Below the pieces are notes generated by a model that ran no database searches, was not told where the DNA came from, and saw only the letters and a program-made list of their open reading frames with translations. The translations under genes were made by a program, and so were the position numbers. Below, piece after piece: positions 1 through 14,159 of a DNA stretch of 64,000 nt (the first letter of the stretch is position 1; the number at the start of each line of letters is the position of its first letter). Source of the DNA: Macrostomum lignano (taxonomy: Eukaryota). Where the stretch lies: assembly GCA_002269645.1 (NCBI GenBank), contig NIVC01000303.1:375323-439322 (forward strand). Direction: 5' to 3'.

Positions 1-1071
1 GACACAACTCTGTGTATGATGCAACACTGGTGACCGATGTCAAAGTGACACAACTCTGTGTATGATGCACACTGGTGACCGATGTCAAAGTGACACAACT
101 CTGTGTATGATGCACACTGGTGACCGATGTCAGAGTGACACAACTCTGTGTATGATGCACACTGGTGACCGATGTCAGAGTGACAACTCTGTGTATGATG
201 CACACTGGTGACCGATGTCAGAGTGACAACTCTGTGTATGATGCACACTGGTGACCGATGTCAGAGTGACACAATTCTGTGTATGATGCACACTGGTGAC
301 CGATGTCAGAGTGACAATTATGTGTATGATGCACACTGGTGACCGATGTCAGAGTGACAACTCTGTGTATGATGCACGCTGGTGACCGATGTCAGAGTGA
401 CACAACTCTGTGTATGATGCACACTGGTGACCGATGTCAGAGTGACAACTCTGTGTATGATGCACACTGGTGACCGATGTCAGAGTGACACAATTCTGTG
501 TATGATGCACACTGGTGACCGATGTCAGAGTGACAATTATGTGTATGATGCACACTGGTGACCGATGTCAGAGTGACACAACTCTGTGTAAGATGCACAC
601 TGGTGACCGATGTCAGAGTGACACAACTCTGTGTATGATGCAACACTGGTGACCGATGTCAGAGTGACAACTCTGTGTATGATGCACACTGGTGACCGAT
701 GTCAGAGTGACACAATTCTGTGTATGATGCACACTGGTGACCGATGTCAGAGTGACAATTATGTGTATGATGCACACTGGTGACCGATGTCAGAGTGACA
801 ACTCTGTGTATGATGCACGCTGGTGACCGATGTCAGAGTGACACAACTCTGTGTATGATGCACACTGGTGACCGATGTCAGAGTGACAACTCTGTGTATG
901 ATGCACACTGGTGACCGATGTCAGAGTGACACAATTCTGTGTATGATGCACACTGGTGACCGATGTCAGAGTGACAATTATGTGTATGATGCACACTGGT
1001 GACCGATGTCAGAGTGACACAACTCTGTGTAAGATGCACACTGGTGACCGATGTCAGAGTGACAACTCTGT
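1..1071. repeat. 45/43-bp minisatellite in a calpain intron, running off the window start
   Basis: Unit GACACAACTCTGTGTATGATGCACACTGGTGACCGATGTCAGAGT (45 bp; 43-bp variant lacks CA). Identical ORFs at 349-555 and 790-996 show a 441-bp higher-order period. Confidence 0.97.
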
Positions 1072-1118
1072 AACTGCTAATAGCCCATGCCCCAATGCCG
1101 CTCCTACTAAATCATCAG

Positions 1119-2165
1119 AGTTCAAGTTCGATGGCTTCAGCGTTGAGACGTGTCGCTCAATGGTGGCCCTCATGGACGTCGACCAGTCCGGCAAGCTGGG
1201 CTTCGACGAATTCAAGACTCTGTGGAACGACCTGCGACTGTGGAAGACCGTGTTCAAGAAATACGACAGCGACAAGTCTGGCAATTTCAACAGCTACGAA
1301 CTGCGACAGGCGCTTAACGCTGTTGGTTAGTTTATTTTATTTTTTTAAAAATGATACAACTACTGCATTATACTACTGGCAATCGGTAGCGCTATTTGCG
1401 TTTTTTGAAACTTGTGCGAAATATAGAATAAAATAATATAAACATGAAAAACTGCTCGTCAGGTTTCCGCGTGAACAACAAGATCTTCAGCTGTTTGGTT
1501 ATGCGCTACGCTACTCGCGAGGGAATTATCGAGTTTGACGACTATGTCCTGTGCTGCGTCCGGCTTAAGACCGTCTTCGAGACGTTCAAGGCCCAGCCGA
1601 AGGACGGCCAGGGCAAAGCTACGTTCTCGCAGGAGGAGGTGGGCAGCTGATTCACTTCGAAATTCAGACTTCCTTATCTCCCTGTTGTCCATCTTTACCT
1701 ACCTACCCACCCATCTACCTACCCACTTATTTACCTACCCACCTATCTACCTATCCACTTATTTACCTACCCACCTATCTACCTACCCACCTATTTACCT
1801 ACCCACTTATCTACCAATCTACCTAGCCACCTATTTACTAAATACCTGACCACTCACCTAGTTACCTACCCATCCATCTACCTACCTATCTACCTACTTA
1901 CCTGCGGACCTGCCTATCCACCTACCCACCTAACTACCTGTCTATCCACTACCTACTCACCTACCTACCTACCTAGCTACCTACCTATCTGCCCATCTGT
2001 GTACCTATCTGCCTACCTATCTACCCATCTACTTATCTATCCAACAATCCACCTACCTATCCATCAGTTATTCAACTAGCATTTTTAATGCCGCGGTCAT
2101 TAAGCTCTCCCATCAAACCGCAACCATTCTCATTGCAGTTCCTGCAGACCATTATTTACGTGTAG
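1119..2165 (+). CDS. Classical calpain large subunit, C-terminal penta-EF-hand domain (last three exons; 5' exons lie outside the window)
   Basis: Exons are about 1119-1325, 1463-1638 and 2139-2165, with GT-AG introns and matching phases (G|GT, then phase 0). Translation ...FSVETCRSMVALMDVDQSGKLGFDEFKTLWNDLRLWKTVFKKYDSDKSGNFNSYELRQALNAVGFRVNNKIFSCLVMRYA...EFDDYVLCCVRLKTVFETFK...FSQEEFLQTIIYV* has the EF-hand pattern of calpain domain IV. AATAAA at 2286-2291. Confidence 0.93.
1690..2065. repeat. Degenerate (ACCT/ACCC/ATCT)n low-complexity tract in the last calpain intron
   Basis: Repeating acctac/acccac/ctatct motifs between the donor at 1639 and the acceptor at 2138. Confidence 0.85.
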
Positions 2166-3529
2166 AAGCCTCAAGAGCTGGTGGGCTGTGTGCAGCCGGC
2201 ACCACTCATAACCATGGAATTTCAAAATCAACATTAAGGACCGATCTTTAAAAATGTTGATTCTGTTTGACTGTCCCGCGGCGTCAATAAACAAGCTCGA
2301 TTACACATCAATATTAACACGCTAGCTCACAGTGTCTAACCAATGAATAATCTTAATAATTGTTGTTGCTGTCTCCATTTTTTTCAAAACAACAGAACTG
2401 ATAAAGCTTGGATTTTATTAGCAAATTTAGACTAGAATAATATCCCTATGCTAGTTAAGCTACTGTTCAGTAGAACAGTACAGAAAGTAAAAAATCGCTT
2501 TTTGAGTTTATTTAATAATTTGCCGTGTGAACTTTTTTATGTTTTATTTTTTGCTCTGTTGCTAGCCATACACATATTTAATTTTTTCAAGTATTTATAA
2601 GTATTTATATTTATATTTTAATCCCTTAACCAATGCTACATGTTATTGGCCACTTGTGTGTGTGTGTGACCTGCTTGTAATCAACCCATATGTTTTATAC
2701 CTATTAATTAATATATACTGTTCTCATACTATTTATACTACTAATATTTGGGACTTAACAACTAACCATCAACCCCCTGTGCAATTGATCTCTGTTAAAC
2801 ACAGCCAAACATTAATGGCCTGTTTTAATTAATGTAAATTTCATTTTATTTCAATCAATATTTTGCCAGGTACAATTTTTCATTGAAATACGCCACCAAA
2901 GTGTTTAAGTTAACATTTTCAATGTCTACCAGATTAATAGACTCTTTACCAATTATTAACCAATTTTTAAGACCAAAAAATCCTACAGAATGGTGTTGTC
3001 AAATATCCTGTTTCCTCTGCTGCTTTTGCTGGCTTGGTGAAAGTGCTTACAGTCTCACCCTAAGAATCGTTTTTACCTTAAATAATAGTACCCACCCAGC
3101 CGCCTTGAGCTCCAATATGAGAGTTTTTTAATTAGCAGGCCTGAGCAGTAGACGGTGTGATCAACAGTTTTATGGCTCTTTGTTTTGGTAAACTTTTTAT
3201 TGCCAGGAAGATCAAGTGTCAGCTTCTGCTATAACCAACACTACTTATAGTAATAGATAGATACATATTTATTTATAACTAGTTTCATGAAAAATATAAG
3301 CGGAATTCGCCGTGCATGAGTGCGTCAGCTTTTTTCAACAACTTTATTGGCTGCTTATGTAGGCTTGCTGAAGTTTATTCATAAATGTTTGCTGTCGTCT
3401 CGGTCTTTGTCTTGGAATTTTTTTAATGAAATGTATGCAGTGGTAACTGTATGTTACCTTAACTTTCTTCTCGGGTCGTAGTTCCATTCTCAACGTGAAC
3501 AAAGTGAACTCACGGGTCACGGCCGGCTC

Positions 3530-4465
3530 CGTTCACACAGCGTATTAACGGGTCACAGTTCGATTCACACAGTGTATTCACGGGTCACAGTTCGATCCAC
3601 ACAGTATATTCACAGGTCACAGTTCGATTCACACAGTGTATTCACGGGTCACAGTTCGATTCACAGTGTATTCACGGGTCACATTTCGATTCACACAGTG
3701 TATTCACGGGTCACAGTTCGATCCACACAGTATATTCACAGGTCACAGTTCGATTCACACAGTATATTCACGGGTCACAGTTCGATCCACACAGTATATT
3801 CACGGGTCACAGCAGTCACATTCACACAGTGTATTCACGGGTCACAGTTCGATCCACACAGTATATTCACAGGTCACAGTTCGATTCACACAGTATATTC
3901 ACGGGTCACAGCAGTCACATTCACACAGTGTATTCACGGGTCACAGCAGTCAGTCACATTCACACAGTGTATTCACGGGTCACAGCAGTCATATTCACAC
4001 AGTGTATTCACGCGTCACAGCAGTCACATTCACACAGTGTATTCACGGGTCACAGCAGTCACATTCACACAGTGTATTCACGGGTCACAGCAGTCACATT
4101 CACACAGTGTATTCACGGGTCACAGCAGTAACATTCACAGTGTATTCACGGGTCACAGCAGTCACATTCACACAGTGTATTCACGGGTCACAGCAGTCAC
4201 ATTCACACAGTGTATTCACGGGTCACAGCAGTCACATTCACACAGTGTATTCACGGGTCACAGCAGTAACATTCACAGTGTATTCACGGGTCACAGCAGT
4301 CACATTCACACAGTGTATTCACGGGTCACAGCAGTAACATTCACAGTGTATTCACGGGTCACAGCAGTCACATTCACACAGTGTATTCACGGGTCACAGC
4401 AGTCACATTCACACAGTGTATTCACGGGTCACAGCAGTCACATTCACACAGTGTATTCACGGGTC
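3530..4465. repeat. 32/35-bp minisatellite with two unit types
   Basis: Left units CACACAGTGTATTCACGGGTCACAGTTCGATT (32 bp); right units CACACAGTGTATTCACGGGTCACAGCAGTCACATT (35 bp). Confidence 0.95.
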
Positions 4466-5177
4466 CTGTTCGATTTCAAAAAGTGAAAGTTGTATTCACA
4501 GCTCCTGCATAAACCGTGACACCCATTAGTTAACGTAATAAAGACCAGCAGAAAGCAGGGTTCAGGAAATATACTTACAGCACAGGGTACAGTACTGTAC
4601 ATGCATATGATTGCACAGTTAAGAAAAATATCTCTATAACTTGGCAGCAGAACTTTATATATATTTGAAATATTGCTTCACAAACATGCGCACTAAAGCA
4701 GTCAGCCAAGAGTTTTGAGGGAAAAATTGTAAATCAATAATGCAAATTTTTTATTGACTACGCAAATTAATTAATGAATTAATAATTAATAAAACAAGCG
4801 AATTAAAAGGCAAACAACATTTACACTGCCGGGCAATGTACAGAGGGACATTGCAGTTGCAAACAGGGCCAAGCAAAGCAAAAATGCCAAGGGTTATAAA
4901 ATACAGCAAGCAAACAGTTCACAAGGAGATCGGGCAGTCATATTTTTATTTCGGACAGAAAATCTTTAAAACAGTTTATCGGAAAAGAAAATTGAGAGAA
5001 AATTTGTTTATTTTTGCTTGAATAATTTTTATGTCCATCCAAGCAACCGCATGCATGAGAACTGAAGATGCAGATTTTCAAATATATATTGAGCCATTTT
5101 CATATTCAAATTGAGAGTTGGAAATAAACAATTGCCTGTTGTTGACGAATTTTACATCGTAACGATTGCTCTAAAAT

Positions 5178-8100
5178 ACTACCAAACTACTGTAATCTAC
5201 TAACCAAACTAATCTACTAACCAAACTACTGTAATCTACTAACCAAACTACTGTAATCTACTAACCAAACTACTGTAATTCACTAACCAAACTACTGTAA
5301 TCTACTAACCAAACTACTGTAATCTACTAACCAAACTACTGTAATCTACTAACCAAACTAATCTACTAACCAAACTACTGTAATCTACTAACCAAACTAC
5401 TGTAATCTACTAACCAAACTACTGTAATTCACTAACCAAACTACTGTAATCTACTAACCAAACTACTGTAATCTACTAACCAAACTACTGTAATCTACTA
5501 ACCAAACTACTGTAATCTACTAACCAAACTACTGTAATCTACTAACCAAACTATTGTAATTCACTAACCAAACTACTGTAATCTACCACACCAAACTACT
5601 GTAATCTACTAACCAAACTATTGTAATTCACTAACCAAACTACTGTAATCTACTAACCAAACTACTGTAATCTACTAACCAAACTACTGTAATCTACTAA
5701 CCAAACTACTGTAATCTACTAACCAAACTACTGTAATCTACTAACCAAACTACTGTAATCTACTAACCAAACTACTGTAATCTACTAACCAAACTATTGT
5801 AATTCACTAACCAAACTACTGTAATCTACTAACCAAACTACTGTAATTCACTAACCAAACTACTGTAATCTACTAACCAAACTACTGTAATCTACTAACC
5901 AAACTACTGTAATCTACTAACCAAACTACTGTAATCTACTAACCAAACTATTGTAATCTACCACACCAAACTACTGTAATCTAATAACCAAACTACTGTA
6001 ATCTACTAACCAAACTACTGTAATCTACTAACCAAACTACTGTAATCTACTAACCAAACTACTGTAATCTACTAACCAAACTACTGTAATCTACTAACCA
6101 AACTACTGTAATCTACTAACCAAACTACTGTAATCTACTAACCAAACTACTGTAATCTACCACACCAAACTACTGTAATCTACTAACCAAACTACTGTAA
6201 TCTACTAACCAAACTACTGTAATCTACTAACCAAACTACTGTAATTCACTAACCAAACTACTGTAATCTACTAACCAAACTACTGTAATCTACTAACCAA
6301 ACTACTGTAATCTACTAACCAAACTACTGTAATCTACTAACCAAACTACTGTAATCTACTAACCAAACTACTGTAATCTACTAACCAAACTATTGTAATT
6401 CACTAACCAAACTACTGTAATCTACTAACCAAACTACTGTAATCTACTAACCAAACTACTGTAATCTACTAACCAAACTATTGTAATTCACTAACCAAAC
6501 TACTGTAATCTACTAACCAAACTACTGTAATTCACTAACCAAACTACTGTAATCTACTAACCAAACTACTGTAATCTACTAACCAAACTACTGTAATCTA
6601 CTAACCAAACTACTGTAATCTACTAACCAAACTACTGTAATCTACTAACCAAACTACTGTAATCTACTAACCAAACTACTGTAATCTACTAACCAAACTA
6701 CTGTAATCTACTAACCAAACTACTGTAATCTACTAACCAAACTACTGTAATCTACTAACCAAACTACTGTAATCTACTAACCAAACTACTGTAATTCACT
6801 AACCAAACTACTGTAATCTACCACACCAAACTACTGTAATCTACTAACCAAACTACTGTAATCTACTAACCAAACTACTGTAATTTACTAACCAAACTAC
6901 TGTAATCTACCACATCATACTACTGTAATCTACTAACCAAACTACTGTAATCTACTAACCAAACTACTGTAATTTACTAACCAAACTACTGTAATTCACT
7001 AACCAAACTACTGTAATCTACCACACCAAACTACGGTAATCTACTAACCAAACTATTGTAATTCACTAACCAAACTACTGTAATTTACTAACCAAACTAC
7101 TGTAATTCACTAACCAAACTACTGTAATCTACTAACCAAACTACTGTAATCTACTAACCAAACTACTGTAATCTACTAACCAAACTACTGTAATCTACTA
7201 ACCAAACTACTGTAATCTACTAACCAAACTACTGTAATCTACTAACCAAACTATTGTAATTCACTAACCAAACTACTGTAATCTACTAACCAAACTACTG
7301 TAATTCACTAACCAAACTACTGTAATCTACTAACCAAACTACTGTAATCTACTAACCAAACTACTGTAATCTACTAACCAAACTATTGTAATTCACTAAC
7401 CAAACTACTGTAATCTACTAACCAAACTACTGTAATCTACTAACCAAACTACTGTAATCTACTAACCAAACTACTGTAATCTACTAACCAAACTATTGTA
7501 ATTCACTAACCAAACTACTGTAATCTACCACACCAAACTACTGTAATGTACTAACCAAACTACTGTAATCTACTAACCAAACTACTGTAATCTACTAACC
7601 AAACTACTGTAATCTACTAACCAAACTACTGTAATCTACCACACCAAACTACTGTAATCTACTAACCAAACTACTGTAATCTACTAACCAAACTACTGTA
7701 ATCTACCACACCAAACTACTGTAATCTACTAACCAAACTACTGTAATCTACTAACCAAACTACTGTAATCTACTAACCAAACTACTGTAATCTACTAACC
7801 AAACTACTGTAATCTACTAACCAAACTACTGTAATCTACTAACCAAACTACTGTAATCTACTAACCAAACTACTGTAATCTACTAACCAAACTACTGTAA
7901 TCTACTAACCAAACTACTGTAATCTACCACACCAAACTACTGTAATCTAGTTTGTCTAGTAACCAACTAGTAATCTAGTAACCAACTACTGTATTATACT
8001 AACCAAACTACTGTAATTCACTAACCAAACTACTGTAATTCACTAACCAAACTACTGTAATCTACTAACCAAACTACTGTAATCTACTAACCAAACTACT

Positions 8101-8665
8101 GTAATCTACTAACCAAACTACTGTAATCTACTAACCAAACTACTGTAATCTACTAACCAAACTACTGTAATCTACTAACCAAACTACTGTAATCTACTAA
8201 CCAAACTACTGTAATCTACTAACCAAACTACTGTAATCTACTAACCAAACTACTGTAATCTACTAACCAAACTACTGTAATCTACTAACCAAACTACTGT
8301 AATCTACTAACCAAACTACTGTAATCTACTAACCAAACTACTGTAATCTACTAACCAAACTACTGTAATTCACTAACCAAACTACTGTAATCTACCACAC
8401 CAAACTACTGTAATCTACTAACCAAACTACTGTAATCTACTAACCAAACTACTGTAATTTACTAACCAAACTACTGTAATCTACCACATCATACTACTGT
8501 AATCTACTAACCAAACTACTGTAATCTACTAACCAAACTACTGTAATTTACTAACCAAACTACTGTAATTCACTAACCAAACTACTGTAATCTACCACAC
8601 CAAACTACGGTAATCTAATAATTAAACTACTGTAATCTACTAACCAAACTACTGTAATCTACCAT
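5178..8665. repeat. 22-bp satellite array, about 3.5 kb
   Basis: Unit CTACTAACCAAACTACTGTAAT, with recurrent variants TTCACTAACC, CTACCACACC and CTATTGT. Confidence 0.98.
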
Positions 8666-9892
8666 TCCAAACACCAATCCATTATATTCTGCTACAATAC
8701 CAAACTACCATACTATACCTACTACAGACAATGACACACAGCTTAAATATTGCACAAAGAACTATCAAAAACAGTCCTTATTACAAGAAATACTTGGCAT
8801 TTCAAAATAGCAACAAATATTAACTCAAAAGCTAAAACATTGGCCCATAAAATATAAAAACATGCAATTCAATAACAGAAATGTTATTGTCAATAAACTA
8901 GGCTTGAGAAGATTGGAGAATCTTTAAACAAGTACAACAGATACTATTTATCATAGCGATGCCCGTAGCCAACTAAAAATGAAAGGCGTAGGTAGTCAAA
9001 GCGATACCGACTTATAAACTGCAAATACTAATGCAAAAATAATAATATAAGCAGTATACTTAGTAGTATAAGCGAATAATTTACAAGGTGCAAATTTAGG
9101 GCAAGGAAAAAGCTCAAAAAGCATAACGCAAAAGCGACTGTGACCGCGCGCTCGTCATAATATTAAGAGATTTATACTGACTTCCATGCCGACATGTATA
9201 GAAAAACAGCTTTTACAAGTAGAGAATTGCTCTCTATTAGCAATTCGCAAAAGTGCATGCGGCAAAGCATATTTATTAAATTATTTCATCAAAATATTTT
9301 ATTATCCTTCCCAACTACACGCATATGCTGGTACTAAACTTGGTTCAGATTCTCTTTATAAATATATTTTTCTATACATATCGGTAGAGTGGTAAAATAT
9401 TGGTGCGAATCGTATTTAGATAGTTTAATAGGTCTTCTAAATTTAGAATTTTAACAGAAAACTAAACCTTAAAAGAACCGATTGGCTGCAATATTACACC
9501 ATCCTGCCGATATGTATCGAAAAAAACATAAGAGGGAATCGCAAAGAATTAGATGCCTAAAACAATACCCGAGTCGAATTTGCTTAAGTAATTATAATTT
9601 TTATCGTATGACACCTAAAATTCCAAAGAAACAATTCGGACACAGTATTCTCTGAACCTCCCGATATGCATCGAAAAGTAACCTTACAAGTGAAAATAGT
9701 TCTTGAATTGTTTGTCACAAGGTTTATGCGACAAAGCATATTCGATTAAATAATTTCCCAAGAATTTACAAAAACCAACCTTTTAAACTAGTAAAAACAG
9801 ATCACTGCAATATTTTATCACCCTCCCGATATGTATCGAAAAAACTTTACAAATAGTGAATCTTTACAAGTTGTCTAAACACAATATGAGCA

Positions 9893-10348
9893 TCATCGCA
9901 GGCCGCTGTTACCCAGCACGGCAACTCCATCCCCAGCATCCTCATCTGTGACGCCCGCCGTTGTTGCAGCCGCATTCTCCATCATGCTGAAATTCTCGCA
10001 GAACTCTTCCTCATCATACTCGAACTCGTCGTTCACAACCGGGTCGTTAAGACGTCTGTGACGACGACGACGACGACGACCGACGCCATTGTTTAGCAGC
10101 TGCATCCGTCGGCGCCTCAGCCTCCGATTGAAGCAATGCTGCTTCAAGGATACAAAAGAGGCAGTCAGGAGCAACAGAAGCAGCAGCACTCCAATGCCGA
10201 GACCCAATTCAACGCTGAATGGCAGCCGGCTGCTGCTACTGCCGCCTCCAGGCACTGGTGGATGGCTGTGACTCCTAATGCTGGGAGCTGTTGTGATACG
10301 AGGCTGAGGCAGCATTGTAGGGACAGCAGTGATATTCGGCAATGCCAT
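9893..10348 (-). CDS. Putative single-pass membrane protein (151-aa ORF; may have upstream exons)
   Basis: GC-rich ORF in AT-rich flanks. Hydrophobic span LGLGIGVLLLLLLLTASFVSL is followed by a polybasic stretch (RRLRRRR...RRRRRRHRR) and an acidic stretch (DEFEYDEEEF), as expected for an N-out single-pass topology. No family recognised. Confidence 0.55.
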   Translation of the reverse strand: MALPNITAVPTMLPQPRITTAPSIRSHSHPPVPGGGSSSSRLPFSVELGLGIGVLLLLLLLTASFVSLKQHCFNRRLRRRRMQLLNNGVGRRRRRRHRRLNDPVVNDEFEYDEEEFCENFSMMENAAATTAGVTDEDAGDGVAVLGNSGLR

Positions 10349-10699
10349 GTGCAGTTGAATACTCTGGCAGAATTTTACAACTGCACAAAACTCAATGATG
10401 GTTTATCGGCTGACAGAAAAAATAATGTTAGATGTGACATTTTTATCAAACTAAATTAAGTAAAGTACAAAAAATTAATTGCATAATTTTTGTATTGCAA
10501 ATAGAAATATAAAAAGATGAACACTTTAGGAAAAAAGCCTTCCAATTAAAAGTACAATTTTTTAGTTTCCATGGAGACAATAATTAATAATTAATTTTTG
10601 ATTACACCTGCCTGTGCAGATGTGCAACTGACAGCTCAGCCACAGGCATGGCGCATCTGAAGGCTGCATATGGCTGTTCAGTCCAAGGACTGCTGGGGG

Positions 10700-10878
10700 T
10701 CGCCACACACACCCTCAATTACCCCAGCTAATGCTGGCACCCATTTTATAACTGGGTGAACTGAAGCACTGCAGAGTTGAGTGTCTTGCTCAAGGACAAA
10801 TTGTTCCAAGTGAGTCAAGAATCGAACCCCCGACCTTCAAGTCATGAGTCCGATGCTCTGGCCACTAGGCTGCAACCC
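10700..10878 (-). mobile_element. tRNA-derived SINE with CORE-like domain (family 1, copy 1)
   Basis: Minus strand reads GGGTTGCAGCCTAGTGG (A-box-like), GGTTCGATTC (B box), then GTCCTTGAGCAAGACACTCAAC...CTTCAGTTCACCCAG...AAAATGGGTGCCAGC, which resembles the CORE-SINE core. A second copy is at 36845-37023. Confidence 0.75.
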
Positions 10879-13800
10879 TATAGAACCCTATCCCTATAGA
10901 TTGAGACAAGCAAATATGCCCAAGCTTTGGAAGTTAGATGCTAAGGTTTTTATATGCTAGAATCATAATGTTAGTTGGCATCAGTAAAAAAAATTCAAAG
11001 TCAAATAAAACCCATCATCTCTGCCCATTCTTTACACTGATGAACATTTAGCCTACACCTATTATACAATGTACATGAGACAATACACTAAGATGATGAA
11101 GCATAGAAATTGCCAATAAAAATAAGAAAACTCCAAAAGACTTAAATTCAATCAACTCTTTTAATTCATGATATATTAGATAGTATAAGAAAGACTAAAT
11201 TTTAATATCTAAATTCAAAATGAAAAATGGTCAACACTTCAGTCATAAAGCTCTGTATCAGCTCTGCAACATGTTACATACTAAAGCTTTCACTGTAGAA
11301 CTAATGGCCAAATTTTCTTAGATTTTAGCCCCATGTGACACAATTTCTACTATGCATATTGATCTTATCAGAATTTTAATTGATACAGTTTGCTAAAGTT
11401 CTAAATTTTCTAATATCTATATTCATGTCAATATCTATAGCTAATTAATTTCCCAAAAATTCATATAACTTCTCAAGGTCTAATTTAATTTTATATAAGA
11501 AAAATGGCTGAAACAATATTTATCTTAACTTAACAACCACTAGCTCAAGTATACAACCAGTATGTGGCTTTGAAAATATTTGTTGCTTAAACTTGCAACC
11601 CTAAAAACTTAAGGACTGGACTCTCTTTGTATTGAAAATAAAACTCAACTCCAAGTACTCTAACTTAGCAATATACAAATGGCATTGAAAACCTTTATTA
11701 ATTGAGTCTTCAACCCTAGAGACTTAAGGGTTTTCTTTATATAAGCTTTGAAACTTGCAAAATCAATTTATTACTGCCTTTATCTATGAAATCAAGGGCT
11801 TCAATAATTTTTTGAAGTCTCAATACCATTAATATATCCTAAAATTTAAATAAAATTCTATAACTTATATTAGTATTTAGTATAGAAAGAGCAGATAGAT
11901 ATGGCCAAGTTAGATTAAAGCTTCTTATTATTTTAAGTCTTATTATTTAAAGTATTTTAAGATTCAAACTTTGTGAACTCCTGCAACTTTATCAATATAT
12001 AAAAAAATACTTACCATACATTTATATATCAAAAAAAAGAAAAAAATATCATAACAAAACAATTTTAATGATAGCAATTTTTAAAAGAAATTTCCTTAGG
12101 CCTACCATATAAAATATTGCTATTTAAGTTTGTTTTAAACTTTCTAATATTACTACATTAAAAAATGTTTATATGTTTGAATGTGAGTTAAATAACATTA
12201 TATATATATGTAGATAGAATATTGAAGGCATAATTTTTAGTATGCACATTTTTAGCTTGCAATTTTTTTAGATTCTATGTATATTAAATCTTTTCTAGAG
12301 CCACAATGTAGGCCAAACTGTACACACTAACATTTTTTGCACACTGAAAATTCTGGCATATGGATGTCTTCAAGACAATGGCTTGTTTTTTTAAAATCTA
12401 AACAAAGTAAAATTGTATTTTTATACAATTAAAAGTTAGTATCAGTTTGTAAAATCAAATTTCTTGTTTAACCAAAATTATAAAAGCTCTGATTTAGACA
12501 ATAATGTAGAAAAAGTTAACTTTTTTATTTGAAAATAAAAATACTACATTAATATTACTACTGATTTTGACAATTCTGACATCTCTTCAAAATATACCAA
12601 ACTTCTTGATACATTTAATGTAATAAATGTAATACAGAGATGCACGTATGTGCATATGAGTGCAAGGTACATGTACATGTACACGTTTTCCAATCTATCT
12701 GTGACGTTTTTTCTAGCCTATCAGGAATTATCAATAGCAGTCAAATTTTTGCAGCTGAAATCACATTCAGCGTTATGCAAAAAGGAAATATTTGCGAAAT
12801 CAAAAAGCCGTTTTTAAAGCACTGCAAACTGTGGTCTGAGCCTTGCCGCTCGCAAATAAGTATTGCGGTGTGATGCGCTCCGTTTATATTTCGGGAGTCC
12901 ATGCGGTGGAGATGCTTGAATTAGGTGAAAAATATGCAAACTTGAAGATATCAGTGGATAGGGCAGATCGAAGGGAGATTTGCGAACAAATTGTTAGAAA
13001 ACAATGGTTGCATACTTTTGCAAAATGCTTGCATTCATCTGTTAGAACAGTTGTAGCTAGTATCGGACATGCGAAATATGCAAAATACCATAAGATCGGA
13101 CCAATGGCACAATCATTTTTTATTTTAGATAGACTTCTTTTAGTCCCATCAAAGTTTGCATGTACTTCTGAGGTCATGACCTCATGCTCATGCTGTACTT
13201 GGCAGATCCAGGTTTTCGCTCCGGGGGCCTCGCTTGGTTGCACTATTACACATGGGAACACCAACTGCAATATAGATGCCACGCCCACATACGCTCGTAC
13301 GTTGCTCAGAATTTAATTGAATTCAATCTGATCACACTATATTGAATACCCGCAGCTATTTTGAAATATTCGATAGCTATATCTCTAACGCCGGCCCCTC
13401 GTAAAAAATCCGTTACTATCCAAATCTTTTTTGTGCCCTCCTTTTGAACTCAGTACATTAATTGGAACTCACAGTTATATATACAAACAGTTTTTTTAAG
13501 CTCGACTCGAGTCCATGCAGTTCAGGGGTTGCACCCAGAGGGGGAGGGGTCAAGGGAGGAAAATTCCGGGGTCTGCCCCCATTTGCCAGTGCCACCTCTC
13601 TCCGTAACACCCCCCCCCCTAAAATTTTTTGAGTGCGCCCCTCGTTCCGTTTAAGATTTATGGCTTAGTATTTTAAAAATGCACGGCCGTTGCATGTAGC
13701 CTATAAGCGATGAATTTCAGAACCTATAAGAGATAACAAGTTAAGTACAGCTGTTTTTGTTACTATACGATCTATTCGTGGTAACTGGGTGGAGAGTATT

Positions 13801-14159
13801 TGCTTCCTGTCTTGATTTAATAAAAACCCTGAGACAGTTGGCTAACCAAGCAAGCTGTCAATGCATTCATTCTAAAAAAGTGATAAATTTTTGTTACCTT
13901 GCCTGACAATATGCTATTGCTGGAGTAGCTAATTTATGATAGTGTTATGCAAAGCTGGAAAAGAAGTCGCTTTGATTTAAACTATCAGAAGGAGAGACAA
14001 AGATGTAGTAGAGAGGGATCACAAACAGAGATGGGGTCGTGTATTGAAATTAAATTTGAACTTTTTTGCGCAAGCTATTCTGTGCGCAGTTTAAACAGTG
14101 ATTATGCAATCTAGTAGTTCTACCTCATTAGTACATGCAGATATAGTAATTTTAGCATA

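Noticed and set aside
349-996. ORFs 349-555, 437-646 and 790-996
   Set aside because: Translations of the 45-bp minisatellite.
2163-2165. Genome-wide reassignment of TAG/TGA to amino acids
   Set aside because: Calpain ends with TAG at the position expected for the family C-terminus, and Trp is encoded by TGG throughout the genes. A global code change is not supported.
2883-3240. Stop-interrupted protein-like frames (also about 57700-57960)
   Set aside because: They look protein-like only after replacing several stops, which is too subjective without a homology search.
3572-4486. ORFs of 100-304 aa
   Set aside because: Translations of the 32/35-bp array.
10700-10878. tRNA genes at the A/B-box sites (also 35623, 36845, 61535)
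   Set aside because: No complete cloverleaf or matching acceptor stem; the heads continue into shared SINE bodies.
12843-13316. Overlapping 157-aa and 134-aa ORFs
   Set aside because: No recognisable motifs, splice context or coding-like GC shift.
13523-13644. CAGGGG...GCGCCCCT MITE-like segment
   Set aside because: The right TIR is imperfect and no TSD was found.
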